Source: an uncultured virus (IMG/VR IMGVR_UViG_3300021255_000141) (taxonomy: Duplodnaviria > Heunggongvirae > Uroviricota > Caudoviricetes). From it: a DNA stretch of 64,000 bases. The DNA lies in IMG/VR virus record IMGVR_UViG_3300021255_000141; one strand, written 5' to 3'. The position numbers and the translations under genes are program-made. The notes under the pieces were generated by a model that saw only the letters and a list, made by a program, of their open reading frames with translations, was not told the origin of the DNA and searched no databases. Of the stretch, positions 48,069 through 60,655 are shown in pieces (within the stretch, counting starts at the first letter, position 1; every line of letters starts with the position of its first letter).

Positions 48069-48246
48069 TATGGTAGTAGAATTTACTTCAGTAAATGACG
48101 GCTGGTATACTTATACAATTCATGATGGTAAGAAACAAGTTAGAATGTTGTTTAATGAAAGACTATCTGAAGATGATGTTGAAGAACAATATTTAGAAAT
48201 GAAGGAAAGAAATTATGAGTCAGACACCAGAACAGAAACTAGATAA
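48061..48246 (+). CDS. Hypothetical protein
   Basis: Coupled ORF. Confidence 0.6.
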   Translation: MFNMVVEFTSVNDGWYTYTIHDGKKQVRMLFNERLSEDDVEEQYLEMKERNYESDTRTETR

Positions 48247-48562
48247 GGAAATAATGATATGGTGTGGGCAGCATGATATGTTGTGCTTTCATGCTAATGT
48301 TGGTAAAATTATATATAGGGACGAAAGAACGGGAGAACGAAGATATTTTGATACAGGATTACCTGTAGGTTTTCCAGATTTACTTATTTTAACTAATGAC
48401 GGTAAAACTGTATTTTGTGAAACTAAAATTCATCCTAGAAAGCCAACACCTGAACAGGTAAAAACAATTAATTTGTTTAAAAGTAGAGGATTTGCTGCAT
48501 TTGTTAGTTATTCTTTAGAAGAATTTATTGAAAGTTTAAAGGAGTTTAAAATATATGAGTGA
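48215..48562 (+). CDS. VRR-NUC nuclease / Holliday junction resolvase
   Basis: GFPDL...FCETK...PTPEQ. Confidence 0.85.
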   Translation: MSQTPEQKLDKEIMIWCGQHDMLCFHANVGKIIYRDERTGERRYFDTGLPVGFPDLLILTNDGKTVFCETKIHPRKPTPEQVKTINLFKSRGFAAFVSYSLEEFIESLKEFKIYE

Positions 48563-49049
48563 GTATGTATATAAAGTTAAAGCAAAATCAAAAATGAAAT
48601 TAAGAAATTTAGGATTTAAAACACTTCCTAAAAAGATTTCATATAATAGACATGTTTTATATAAAGTAGTTCCACAACCAGTTGATGGCGACTGTGTAAA
48701 CGGACTATTTAATCGTTATAACAATGAAAAATGGCAAAAAACATTTTTAACAAAAGAAAGTATAGAAAATTACAAAAATATAGGTATGGAATTTGAAGAA
48801 TTATACCTTGAGGATGGAACTAAACATATGATATTAGTTGATACTCCAGAGGTAAGAGAAATGTTTTCTATGTGGAGATTAGAAGTTGATTATAACGATG
48901 ATGAAGGTTTATATTTATCATTTACAATCGGAGACGGTACGATTCCTTCGTTTTATAACGCTGAAAAAGTATTAGATAAATATTGTCCTAATGAGATAAA
49001 AGAACTTCTAGAAAAGGAATTAATCGAAAAAGAAGAGGTACAGCAGTAA
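48555..49049 (+). CDS. Hypothetical protein
   Basis: Coupled ORF upstream of terL. Confidence 0.7.
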   Translation: MSEYVYKVKAKSKMKLRNLGFKTLPKKISYNRHVLYKVVPQPVDGDCVNGLFNRYNNEKWQKTFLTKESIENYKNIGMEFEELYLEDGTKHMILVDTPEVREMFSMWRLEVDYNDDEGLYLSFTIGDGTIPSFYNAEKVLDKYCPNEIKELLEKELIEKEEVQQ

Positions 49050-49050
49050 T

Positions 49051-50607
49051 ATGAGAGAGGACATTTACGAAATAGTAGACGGAGTTAAAAAAATTAATAT
49101 TCACAAAATTATTGGTGGTGGATACGAAAGAGGTTGGTTCACTAATTGTAAATGTCGTTATAGATTATTTGAGGGAGCCAGAAACACTAAAAAATCCAGG
49201 GATATTTTAGGTTATGAGCCAATATTTAAGATATTATCTAATCCTAATAGAAATATTATGATATGTAGAAAAAATGATGTAGATAATAGACAGTCAACAT
49301 TTGCTAATTTATGTTATTGTATTCACGATTTAGAACTAGATGATGATTTTAAAACAAATATAAGCCCTCTAGAAATAGTTTACAAGCCTACAGGTCAGAA
49401 AATTGTTTTTAGAGGACTTAACAACCCAACATCTATTACATCTATTACATTTGAGGTTGGAGCCTTAACAGATGTATATATTGAAGAGGCTTTCCAGGTA
49501 GAATTTTTTGAAGATTTCCGTAAACTTGACGGTTCTCTTCGTGGTAAATTACCAGACGGATTAATTCTTCAAATTACAATGTGTTTCAACGCTTGGGACG
49601 GAGATTCTTGGTTATATGAGGAATTTTTTAAAGGGAGACTTGAAGATGATTATGAATTATTAGATAATCCTAGAATCAGGTATTTAGATTATCTTGACCC
49701 TAATTATGTAGGACCATTCGGAATAGGATTATATCTTCATAAATCAACATATAAGATTAACGAATTTAGAGATACTGATACTTATGATAAATCTGCTGAA
49801 GAGGCTAAATTAAAATATCCAGAGCAATATAAAGTAGAGTTCCTTGGAATGTTTGGAGTTACAACTGGAAAAGTATATACTAATTATTCTGATGATTTAG
49901 TAGTTCCAATTCAAAAAATAATAGGTGTAGACTATCATGGAGCACCTGTTATGGAATTTGCGGATTTTGCTATAGGTATAGATACTGGTTTATCTAATGG
50001 AGAAGGTAAGATTAAAGTTATTAAAAAAGGTCAGAACCAAGATGTTAAAATTAAAGCCGCTACAACTATGAATTTAACCGCTATAACAAGTGATTTAAGA
50101 AAACTTGTTTCTATTGATGAATATTTCCATAGTAATAATCCTAATGACAATATAGTTAATACAGATAATAGAGATGTTTATACTGAGCCACAACAAATTG
50201 ATGCATGTGCTAGACAAATCCATGACTGGATTAATGAATTTGCATCGTCTCCTACAATTTTAATGAAGGGTGCTATTAATGTGTATATAGACTGTGCGGA
50301 TATAGGATTTAGACAAGCACTTGAAATAAAATTAAGAGAATGGAATATTTATAACTGTAATAACTTAGCCTCAACTAAAAAGCCTATCAGAACAAGAGTG
50401 ACATTTACAAACCTTTTAATGGCATATGGAGACTATATAATCTGTGATAGATGTAAAAATCTTATCAGAGAATATAAAAACTGTAGAAAAGGTGAAAAGA
50501 ATGAACCAAGAGCAGATGGTAATGACCATGAGATAAATGCTCAAGAATATGCATCAGCAAATTTATATACTATGCTAGTAAGGTGGAAGGAGTTTAAAGA
50601 ATGGTAG
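49051..50607 (+). CDS. terL: Terminase large subunit (PBSX-like)
   Basis: GARNTKKS Walker-A variant, FRGL, IEEA Walker B, GIDTG, NDHxINA. Confidence 0.88.
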   Translation: MREDIYEIVDGVKKINIHKIIGGGYERGWFTNCKCRYRLFEGARNTKKSRDILGYEPIFKILSNPNRNIMICRKNDVDNRQSTFANLCYCIHDLELDDDFKTNISPLEIVYKPTGQKIVFRGLNNPTSITSITFEVGALTDVYIEEAFQVEFFEDFRKLDGSLRGKLPDGLILQITMCFNAWDGDSWLYEEFFKGRLEDDYELLDNPRIRYLDYLDPNYVGPFGIGLYLHKSTYKINEFRDTDTYDKSAEEAKLKYPEQYKVEFLGMFGVTTGKVYTNYSDDLVVPIQKIIGVDYHGAPVMEFADFAIGIDTGLSNGEGKIKVIKKGQNQDVKIKAATTMNLTAITSDLRKLVSIDEYFHSNNPNDNIVNTDNRDVYTEPQQIDACARQIHDWINEFASSPTILMKGAINVYIDCADIGFRQALEIKLREWNIYNCNNLASTKKPIRTRVTFTNLLMAYGDYIICDRCKNLIREYKNCRKGEKNEPRADGNDHEINAQEYASANLYTMLVRWKEFKEW

Positions 50608-51362
50608 AAAATGTAATATATCCTAGTTGCGGATTTGCAACAATAATGAATAATAACAAAATAGAAACAGTTAGACTTAAAGAATTAGATTTTTTAATGG
50701 AAAGTTTCTATAAAAAAAGAATGCAGAATACAATTCTTATAGGAGAAGCAGGATGCGGTAAAACAACTCTTATAGAATCACTTGCCTGTAAGATGAAAAC
50801 AACACATGTGTTTTACAATTTAAATCTAACTAGTTCTTTATATAATACTTCTTATAGAGGGCAATTTGAGGAAAAAATCGATAAATTTTTACAAGATGTA
50901 ATTGAATTTAATAAAACTTCAAGCAGAAAAATAGTTTTATTTATCGACGAAATTCACACGATTATGAAATGTGGAGATACTGAAGGAGCAATTAGTCTTG
51001 CTAACATATTAAAACCTTATTTATCAAGCGGAGAAATAACTATAATAGGTGCTACAACTACTAAGGAGTATAATGATATTATAAAAAAGGATGCAGCAAT
51101 TTCTCGTAGGCTATCTCCTATTAAATTAAAGCCATTAACTTATTCGGATACAATTAATATATTGCGTTCATTTAGTGAAAATACCTTGGATGATGAAATA
51201 ATTAAATATTGTTATGATAAATCATCTGAGGTTGAAGGAACTAATCCAGATAAAAGTATCGAGATAATTGATAGGTGTATGGCACGTAGAAAATTAAGAG
51301 GAAGTACGATAAATAAGAAAATGGTTGATGAAATCGTTAATTATATGAAGGGTGATGATTAA
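50601..51362 (+). CDS. Stand-alone ClpA/ClpB-type AAA+ NBD1
   Basis: LIGEAGCGKT, YRGQFEE, LFIDEIH, ANILKP, IGATT..EY, DAA..RR, PDK. Confidence 0.85.
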   Translation: MVENVIYPSCGFATIMNNNKIETVRLKELDFLMESFYKKRMQNTILIGEAGCGKTTLIESLACKMKTTHVFYNLNLTSSLYNTSYRGQFEEKIDKFLQDVIEFNKTSSRKIVLFIDEIHTIMKCGDTEGAISLANILKPYLSSGEITIIGATTTKEYNDIIKKDAAISRRLSPIKLKPLTYSDTINILRSFSENTLDDEIIKYCYDKSSEVEGTNPDKSIEIIDRCMARRKLRGSTINKKMVDEIVNYMKGDD

Positions 51363-51364
51363 AA

Positions 51365-52181
51365 TTGGAGGAATTACTTAAAAGACTTGAAAAGTTATGT
51401 AATTTAGAAAAATCACAATTTAAAATACCTTATAAAGGTCATATGATTGATAAAAAAGATTCCGAAATTTTAAGGCAAATTGATAATAAAATAAAAAATA
51501 ATTATTCTGCTGAAAAATTAAAGGAAGAAAGAGATGAACTTATAAAAGTTATATCTATTATTAAAAGAATATTAAGAGATAATCCGTTTATGTTTATTAA
51601 TTTAAATAATAAGGATTATAATAGAATTATGAGAGCGATTGATAAGTATGAGCGATGAATTATTGAAATTATTAAATACGTATAGAGTAAAAATAAGAAA
51701 GGCTACTAATTTAGAAGAAAAAAGAAAAATAAGAGAGGATTTCTATAATTTTAAAGATATTTTTAATGAAGATTACGTAGATTATTGTTGGGAGTATATA
51801 ATAGACGGAAGATTCAGTACTAAAAGATTAGGAGAATATATTGGGAGGATAGAGCAATGAAAATGGGAGAAAAAAGATGCGAAGATATAAAATACTGTGA
51901 AAAATGTCCATTTTTTAGCAGACAGGAAGTTTGTTTAAACTTTAAATTATCACAGACTTTAAATGAGGGATTTGAAATTCATAAAGATAAGTTTAATGAT
52001 AAAGAGATTCAAAAAATTCAAGAACGTCTTAACCAGGAGGCATAAAATGGCTTGTTGTAAAATCGAAGTAAAGTGTAGAGCATGTAATAAAAAACTAATT
52101 GGTGAAGAACAGTCATCAGATTTATGCAAAAAATGCATGTATGAGTATATTGATAAATGGCTTATGCCTTTCTGGAAATAA
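51365..52181 (+). other. Four small coupled ORFs (51365-51658, 51648-51860, 51857-52045, 52047-52181), two Cys-rich
   Basis: ORFs with RBSs; terminator 52184-52209. Confidence 0.65.
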
Positions 52182-52220
52182 ACAGAGGATAAAAAAATCC
52201 TCTTTTTTTATATTTTCTTA

Positions 52221-52249
52221 TTGACAAGTGTTAAAATATGTATTATAAT
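52221..52249 (+). promoter_or_regulatory. Consensus sigma70 promoter
   Basis: TTGACA-17-TATAAT. Confidence 0.8.
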
Positions 52250-52281
52250 ACAAGTGTCTTAAGAGAAAGGAGACGGTAAAA

Positions 52282-52953
52282 ATGAAAAAAATTTATGTTA
52301 TTTATGGAGGTCCAAAAAGTGGTAAATCCAGTTTTATTAGGGAATTTATTACTACTAAAGGACAAAGTTATTTAGAGACTGATGAGAATTTAAATAGGGT
52401 TAATTTTATTAAAAAATACAGTGGTGAAAATATTACATATAAAAATGTTGTAATTGATAATTGGAACTGTATTGGTGGTGCTAAAAGTGTAAAAGCACAA
52501 AGATTGGCGGCTAGCATTTTGGCTTGCGAGGAGCATTTTGACAATCTATTTATAATTTGCCATGAAAAAGAGGCGGCATATCCACTTACACAACGTTTTG
52601 AAGACCAGCGAGTGATTATTAAATATCTTGATTTTAACGATATTAATACAAAAAATATGGAAAATAAATTTCATAAATTAAGAGATTATATCAATGTTGG
52701 TAAAGATGGAGTTAACATATTCGGAAATTTAACATCTACTGATTGTATATTCCGTTATAAAGATGGTGATACATATATTAATTATCATCCATGTGGTATT
52801 TACGGTGGAGAGCGTGATTTCTTATTGGATTATTATGTAGTATCAATTATACCAGATTATATAGTAACTGAATTCGAGGACTTCAGCAGACATCATACAA
52901 ATACTACAATAAAACCAGTATTATATATTAATCTTAAAAAGGAGATTGAATAA
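52282..52953 (+). CDS. Protein with N-terminal P-loop
   Basis: IYGGPKSGKS; VVID. Confidence 0.6.
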   Translation: MKKIYVIYGGPKSGKSSFIREFITTKGQSYLETDENLNRVNFIKKYSGENITYKNVVIDNWNCIGGAKSVKAQRLAASILACEEHFDNLFIICHEKEAAYPLTQRFEDQRVIIKYLDFNDINTKNMENKFHKLRDYINVGKDGVNIFGNLTSTDCIFRYKDGDTYINYHPCGIYGGERDFLLDYYVVSIIPDYIVTEFEDFSRHHTNTTIKPVLYINLKKEIE

Positions 52954-52954
52954 A

Positions 52955-54321
52955 ATGTTAAAGAAAGATTTAGATGAAGTTATAAGATTATCAAAAAAAT
53001 ATTATAGAACAGGCGATGTAGATTTGTTAGATAAATATCATAATGCTAGAGAAAAATGCTTTGGTGATTTTTCAGGTTTTGAATGCGATTTGGTAGACTG
53101 CATTACTAAAAAAAGACGTGATTATAATGAGCCATATGAAACGTATTATAAAACGTTTGAGTTCTTTGGCTATAAGATAGAGGACGGTGAATAAAATTAT
53201 GAAATATATAAGAACTAAAAATGAAATAATTTATGTAGGGGATTTAATAAAAGATGAATATGGGAATTATTGCGACCCTAAAAATTATGAAACTGATATG
53301 GAAGTGCCAAAAGAATACATAATTAAAGAAGCCGATACGATAGAAGAATTATGTGATGGGTTTATTTTTAAAGATACTTGTACAAATAAATTACATTTAG
53401 CAGACCTAAACGATGGAATATCTATGTTAGGTGTAGCGTTGTTTGAAGAAACTTTAAGAGGTTTTATAGAAACTGATAAAGGCTTAATCTATGTTGCAAA
53501 GATGAACGAGAAAGGAGAATTAGAATTGATATGAGTAAATATGGTGACCATACAAAGAAAGAATTTATAAGTGAACAGTTGGATTATATAAGTTATAAAA
53601 TATACAATAAAGATTGGTATTATTTAACGCAAGAAGAAAAGGTAGAATTGGTTGGAGTGATACTTTCGATTATATCAGACAATATGATTGGTTATGATGG
53701 AAATTTTGAAGAGCCAATGTTAGAAGATAGGAGTGAGTAGAATATGTTGTTAAATTCAAAAGATGATTATAAATTATCATTAAAGCAATATAATGTATTA
53801 TTAAATTATTTTGATTATGAATATGATATTACTGATAATTATATAATGCAAAATAATTATGATGAAATAAGTAAAACTATTGGAAAAGTATTAAAGCAAG
53901 TAGAACCTCGTTATAATCCTCACGAAGATGATTGGGGTGATATACAATGAATAGATTAACAAGAAAAGCAAAAAATGATGAAACTTATGATTTAGATTAT
54001 ATGACTTGCGAAGGTGATTATTATCCTTTAGGGAATATAGTTGATATAGTTGATAAATTAGGTAAGTTAGAAGATTTGGAAGAACTACTAGGATGTCCGT
54101 TAGAAATTGTTATTACACCATATTTTAAAAGAGGTAAGTTAGAAGTATTTTATCATAATAAAATGAGAGAAGTAATTAGAGTTGTAGCCTTTGAAGAAGC
54201 AACAAGACCTTATATGGAAATCTTTTATAGGGATAATGAAAAAGAGAAATTTAAAGTAAAAACAATTTGGTTAGATGATTACAAAAAGACTTGGTGGTTG
54301 AAAGAAGATAGGAGTGAATAA
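52955..54321 (+). other. Five small accessory ORFs (to 53194, 53534, 53740, 53950, 54321)
   Basis: Tightly coupled ORFs with RBSs. Confidence 0.7.
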
Positions 54322-54324
54322 AAG

Positions 54325-54900
54325 ATGAAATTATTATTATATTGCACAAAAGCAAAACCCATATTAAGAAAATTCTATAATTATTTTTTAGATAAGCATA
54401 CTGACAATTATTATTGGAAAAAAGGACAAGTTGCTCCTTATAATTTTAATGGCAAAATTGTAGCTGAATGTGATTATGAGGTAGATAGACTATCTAATAA
54501 TAATATTTATAAAGAATATGTATTAGAACATAATTCTGAATTATGGGAAAATGATATTCTTACAAAATCTTGTCTTACTTATGATGAATTAAATAATTAT
54601 TTAAGTGGTAATGGTTATGCAATCCACATTAAGAACTTGCATATATTTGATGAGCCAAAGAAATTGAGTGAGTATTATTCAATAATAGATATGGGTGGTG
54701 GTATGTTAGGAACTAAACCTTTAATAAAAGCACCTCAAAATATGATGAGTGTTAGTTCTAATCAATGGGAATATTGTTTTTATAACCCAAATGATATAAA
54801 CATCTTAATCTCAATTAGACCAGAATGGCTATGCAAAATTCTAAATGGAGAAAAAACTATTGAGGTTAGAAAGAAAGTGTTAAAGGAGATGATTAGATAA
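54325..54900 (+). CDS. Circularly permuted ASCH-domain protein, copy 1
   Basis: LISIRPEW..KI..GEKTIEVRK at C-terminus; LYCTK at N-terminus. Confidence 0.75.
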   Translation: MKLLLYCTKAKPILRKFYNYFLDKHTDNYYWKKGQVAPYNFNGKIVAECDYEVDRLSNNNIYKEYVLEHNSELWENDILTKSCLTYDELNNYLSGNGYAIHIKNLHIFDEPKKLSEYYSIIDMGGGMLGTKPLIKAPQNMMSVSSNQWEYCFYNPNDINILISIRPEWLCKILNGEKTIEVRKKVLKEMIR

Positions 54901-55187
54901 TGTATTTTGAACTAATTTTTAAACTAATACTATGTCATTTATTAGGTGATTATGTATTACAAATAGATTATTTAGCAAAGACAAAAGGTAATAATTTTTA
55001 TCATTTACTAGCACATTGTTTTTTATATGCAGTTCCATTTTATATATGTTTTGGATTTATATGGCAACTTATACCATTGATTTCTTTACATATAATCATA
55101 GATTTATTAAAGGCTAGATATAAGTTAATACCTTATTGGTTAGACCAATTACTACATTATTTAACTTGTTTATTATATTTAATTTAG
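54900..55187 (+). CDS. DUF3307-like membrane protein
   Basis: HLLGDY.LQ...H...Y...H..ID...DQ..H. Confidence 0.75.
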   Translation: MYFELIFKLILCHLLGDYVLQIDYLAKTKGNNFYHLLAHCFLYAVPFYICFGFIWQLIPLISLHIIIDLLKARYKLIPYWLDQLLHYLTCLLYLI

Positions 55188-55203
55188 CAAAGGAGATGAT
55201 AAA

Positions 55204-58200
55204 ATGAGTAAAGAATATTTAGAAGCATTAGAAAAGATTGAAGAAGTTTTAGATAGTTATAATATAACAAGTTATTGGTTTAAAGAATTAGATAATATCA
55301 AACAAGCACTACAACGCCTAAATGCAATAGAAAACTCAAATCCTAGTGAAGCGATAAAGTGTTTAGAAGAAATATGCAATGATAAGACAATTCATGATTA
55401 TATACTTTATAATTGTTTAGATGAAGGGTTTACAACTGTAATACATTCTTTACTAAAGGTACAAGATTTAGAAAAAGAAAATGCTTATATTGAAAAACTA
55501 TTGCAAGTTATAAAACAAGAGTTTAAACTTGAATTATATGCCATGTGTAAAAGAAGATTAGAATTAGCAACAAATGCAAATAGAGATAATTTAGAGAAAA
55601 TATTAGAGTGGTTAAAAAAGGAGGAATAAGCATGACAGCAAGTGCAATAATATTAGTAGCAAGTTATACAAACGAAAACTGTTTGAATTGTGGTAGGCAT
55701 AGAGTTGAATTAGTTACGTTAGAAAATGGTCATCAATACAATATTTGTGAAAAGTGTCATTATATAAAAGAGCAAGATAGATATTGCGAATATATAGATA
55801 TGTCATTTGATTTTACTTCATTTAATAGAAGAGGAAGATTGGTAAAATGGCTAAAAGAAGATAGGAGTGAATAGAGATGCAATGTGGAGATAATCGATTT
55901 GAAATTATTGAAAAGGCTAAAAAACATTTAATTAATGCTACTAATATTAAAGATAGTCCAGAAGAAATGGAAGTTATTGATAGTATTTTATTTAGATGTT
56001 GGCAAATGGGTTGGTTAGATAAATATAATAATAAACCTGGTGAAGCGTTGGAGTATTTAGAACATATTAAAAAAGATGATTTTAATATGATATTAACAAC
56101 TTATCCGCCATTACCAGCATATAATGGTATAACTAAAGATGAAATGTTCAATAAAATAGAAGAAACACTTATTAATGCACGAGAAGATAAACGGAAACTT
56201 AAAATTTTTAAAGAATCATATAAAGAACAAAATGAAATGCTTGAAAATTTAGAAGAGCAAGCAAGAGAGCGATTACAAATGTTATTAATAATTAAATTTA
56301 AATTCGGTATGGATTTATATGATATTTGTAAAAGAAAATTAGAATTATGCACTTGTGCTGCTGATAGAAACCCTATTGAAAAAATTATTGAATTTTTAAA
56401 AAAGGAGGAAGAATAATGAAAGGAAGAAGATATTTTATTATAATAACTTGGTTTCCATACAATGAATTATTGGAAAATAGAACAACTGTAATAGATGTAG
56501 AAGAAAGTATGATAGAGAGATTTATATCTACACTACCTTTAAGTGAGATTGCAAAAATTAGGGTGGAGGAAAATAATAATGAGTAGAATTACAAAATTCG
56601 AGCCTAGTCCAAATAGTAAATTCCCTTATAAATTAAAAGATGATTGTCTTGCAACTGAATTAGATTGTATTCATAAACTAGGCGGACTAGAAGATTTAGA
56701 AGAAGAAATGGGTATTATTCCATTAGAAACAATTTTGAACTATATAAAAAATGGTTTTACTGATAAAACTGGTAAATATCATAAACAATGCTATTTAACT
56801 TATGTAGATAATGAGTGGTGTATTTGTGATTTAATTACTGATGAATGTTTTGTATTAAAGGAGATGTTATAAATGTATTTAAAAGATTTTACTAATAAAG
56901 GGTTTATAGTAACAAAAGAAGATGAAATAAAAGAATCTGATAAAAGAATATATAGAAGAGTAATGAAAGATGAATTTGAACATATTGAAATTATGAAATG
57001 GTTTACAGATGACAAAGATTGGAATGAAGTTAGAGATTATGCCTATGATAATTATAAGTGTTCATTAGTATGTATTCATAGTGGCTCAGATGGTTCTTAC
57101 CCTGTTTTAAATAAGTATGCAAAGGGTGAAAGAATTATTCTTGAACGAGAAGGTATTCAATTATTTATAGAGAAAGATGTAGATACAGATTTTATTTATC
57201 AAATTGATATGAATATAAATTATGTAAATGGTGGTGCTGGAACTGAAAACTTTTACAGAGCAGAAACATCTACAGATAAAACTACAGTAAATTATGTTCT
57301 TGGTTTAATTTTAAAGAAGAAATTTGAACTACTTGAAGAATCAGATGAGAGATTAGTAGAAGAAATTGAAAAATTACAATCAAGAAATAAATATTATAAA
57401 GAGAACTATTCAAAAGGAATAGGATTCTTAATTGATTGTGTTAGAATTTAGGAGAATGTTGTAAATGGAAAAGAAAATAATTGAATTAACTAACAAAGAA
57501 TTACTTGATTGGGTATCTAAAAATTGTGATTATTATGTTAAGGATAATTGTTATGGTTGTCCACTTAATATTGATGATAATTGTTATGTAGATATTGAAA
57601 CAGTAATGAAAACAAGAAAGGTAGAGGTGGAATAAGAATGACATTTGAAGAAGCAATTAAGCGTTTAAGACAAGAAACAGCACCTGCAACATATTGTCCT
57701 GATTTTGATAAGGAAGAATGTTTAAAGGTAATTGAAAAGGAACATAAGGCATTAGAGATTATTAAGAAATATTTTAATATTGAATTTAATGAAGAAACAA
57801 CTTCACAGGGCGATATTTTGGCTAGATTTGTATACATACAAGGAAAAGAATATGCTAGAAAATGGGATTACGTTGCAGCAGCTGACCTTGTTAATTATCA
57901 AGAAGATTTTAAAACGTTAAAGGAAGTGTTGTAAATATGTTTTCTATTGGTATATTTTTTGGAATAATAATTGGTGTTGTAATCACAAACATATTATTGA
58001 GAGGTGAAAGAAGATGAGTAAATATTTATATAGACCTCATTGTGGTGGGCTTGCTGATGCTATGAAAGAATTAAAAGAATTCAAGTCCAAGTATGAAATG
58101 TTAAATTATATTTATAAACATCATTCTTTTGGAGACGAAAATTCTATAAAAGATATTACTTTTCATAAATACGCTTCTGGAGATTATAGAATTGGCTGGA

Positions 58201-58310
58201 AAACCACTTACATAGTATGCAGCAAAGGAAGAGGTGGATGTGGGTGGTTTACAAAAGATTTGTCTAAGAAGGAAAGTCTTGAAATTTATACTAAATGGTT
58301 AAAAAAGTAG
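55204..58310 (+). other. Accessory ORFs: 55204-55629, 55632-55874, 55877-56416, 56416-56586, 56579-56872, 56873-57451, 57465-57635, 57638-57934, 58014-58310
   Basis: Coupled ORFs; several share mosaic segments. Confidence 0.7.
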
Positions 58311-58348
58311 GAATTTAAAATATTCCTATTTTTTTTATTAAAAAACTA

Positions 58349-58377
58349 TTGACACTAATTATAAGTAATGATATAAT
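58349..58377 (+). promoter_or_regulatory. Consensus sigma70 promoter after terminator 58306-58336
   Basis: TTGACA-17-TATAAT with TG extension. Confidence 0.8.
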
Positions 58378-58408
58378 TTAGTTGTAAAGAGAAAGAGAGG
58401 TAGATAAT

Positions 58409-60182
58409 ATGGAGTTAAAATTAACGAATTATCTAGGAGAGGTTACAAAAATAGTAGATATTAAAGAAGGAGATTATGTACAAATAGACGTAATTACTGG
58501 AGACTGGGTTATGCAGTTACCTTTTCATGTTGATACAGCAGACGACAGATTAACAGATTATTTTGATGGAAGTGTTAGTTTTATTGCCACAAAAGAAAAT
58601 GTTGATAAAGTAAATGCATGCAGCAATGAATATGATATTTTAAATATAAAGTTTGAGGTGATTTAAAATGAAAATTATGAATGAATATTTAGAAACGTTA
58701 AGTAATAAAATAAGATATAAAAAAGAATATATTGAAAATGATACATATAGATTATTTATCAAGAAAAACGAACTAGAGTTTTTAGAGAAAGAATTACAAA
58801 GATTAGAAACATTAGAAAATGTTAAATCAAACAAAGCATTAGAACATTTTAAACATTTTGAAAAATGGTATAGAAAATTAAGTTATAATGTTGTAACAAC
58901 TTATCAATTAGACAAAGATTTAGAAACTATCAAACAAACCTTATTCAAATCACAAGAAATGGAAAAGGAAAATGCTAGATATAAACAATTAGAAGAGCAA
59001 ATAGGTTGTCCATTAGAGGTTAGATGTAAAGTTGTAAGTGATAGCCATATTTATGATGAAAACGGAATTGAATATGATGTTGTTTACATTCACAAAGAAT
59101 ATTTTGACTGCGAAGACCCTCTTGACAATGATATAGGTTATACTAAACTATGTGCTTTTGAATGGAAAGATTATAAAAAGACTTGGTGGTTAAAAGCCGA
59201 TAGGAGTGAATAAAAGATGAAATTAAAAGAATATATAGGATATGAAAATTGGGAAGAATTATTAGATAAATATGAAAATGAAGATTTTGGTGACGCTGAA
59301 GTAAGAAAACATTTTAGAAATGATTTTAATGAAGTTAGTGAACTAATGTGGAGATGTTGGACTAAGAAGTTTGATGATATGGATATCAAAGCGTTAGCAG
59401 AAGTTTGGTGTTCTGGTATTGAACAAGGTAAAACTATGAAAGATACCTATGAAGAAGCGTGTGCTTATTTAGATTATTCAAGTGATAGAATGAATTTCGG
59501 TAGATGGATGCGTATCAGAATTTTATTAAATTATGATGTAAAATAAAATCAGGAGGAATAGATATGAACTTACCAAGATTAAATACTTATGTATATATAA
59601 TTACTTATGTAAATGGTTCACCTTATACCATAACAAAAGATAAGGTTTATATGAAGAATAAGAAATCATTTATCACAGAAGAAATGTTAAGTGATTGTTT
59701 TATACCAGAATTTCCTATGCCACTAAATGTAGATGATTATGGAAGATACTGGTGTAAATCATTAAAAGAATGTAAAGATATTCTTGAAAAATGGAGACAA
59801 GAAGAAATGAAATATTTTGGGAATAAAATAGAACCTTATAAACTTAAAAAGATTTCAGATTATTCTTGGAATGTAGAATAAAGGAGGAGTGATTAATATG
59901 GTAGGTATAACAGAATTCAAGAAGGATTTAAACGCTGTAATAGGTGATAAAGACCTTTGGATAGATTTATTTTTCCAAGATAAATTTGTAGGAACCATCA
60001 GATTTGACAAAGCCAAGAGCAAGAAGCAGGTGATGGATTCAATTACAACCGAAAAAGTATCCAACGATTATGATTATGAGAAAGATGATGGTTCCACAGT
60101 AGACTACATATCCTTGTGGATAGAGAATGAATTTGGGTACTGTTATTACATGTTTGATGAATATAAAATAAATTGTTATTAA
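58409..60182 (+). other. Five accessory ORFs (to 58666, 59213, 59546, 59881, 60182)
   Basis: Coupled ORFs with RBSs. Confidence 0.7.
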
Positions 60183-60204
60183 AAGGAGGATAAGAAGAAT
60201 AGAT

Positions 60205-60641
60205 ATGTTAATAAAAATCAATTTAAATGAATTAATTGAAACTGTAGTTGATACAACTGTTGAACATTATGTTGATGATACTGAAGATAGCATGAAATAT
60301 AGCCACAGAGAAATTCGTGATGAAAGTATTGATGATATGAAAATAGTTTAATAAGAAAATTAACTGCAATATTTGAGGATAAGAGTGAATAATATGGAAT
60401 GGTATCAAATTTTAGTCTTATATTTTCTATTGAAGCATTTATAAATGTGACCTTTATTATTATTACAGTAAATGGAGTAGGTTTTAAATATGAATGGGAT
60501 GTATATGTACCAATGCCTAAAGACTTTAAAGATAACACAGAAATGAATTGGCTTGGTTGTGTAGTTTGTTATATACTATTATTTATTTTATTACCAATTC
60601 CAAATATTTGTAAACTTGTTTATTGGTTATTTCATATTTAA
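60205..60641 (+). pseudogene. Two adjacent apparently frameshifted genes (60205-60392 and 60394-60641)
   Basis: Adding one A near 60341 gives ...MKNSLIRKLTAIFEDKSE*; adding one base near 60420 joins MEWYQILVL to IFSIEAF... Confidence 0.5.
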
Positions 60642-60655
60642 GGAGGAAATTAATT

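Noticed and set aside
48555..49049. Terminase small subunit
   Set aside because: Position fits, but no HTH or other supporting motif was recognised
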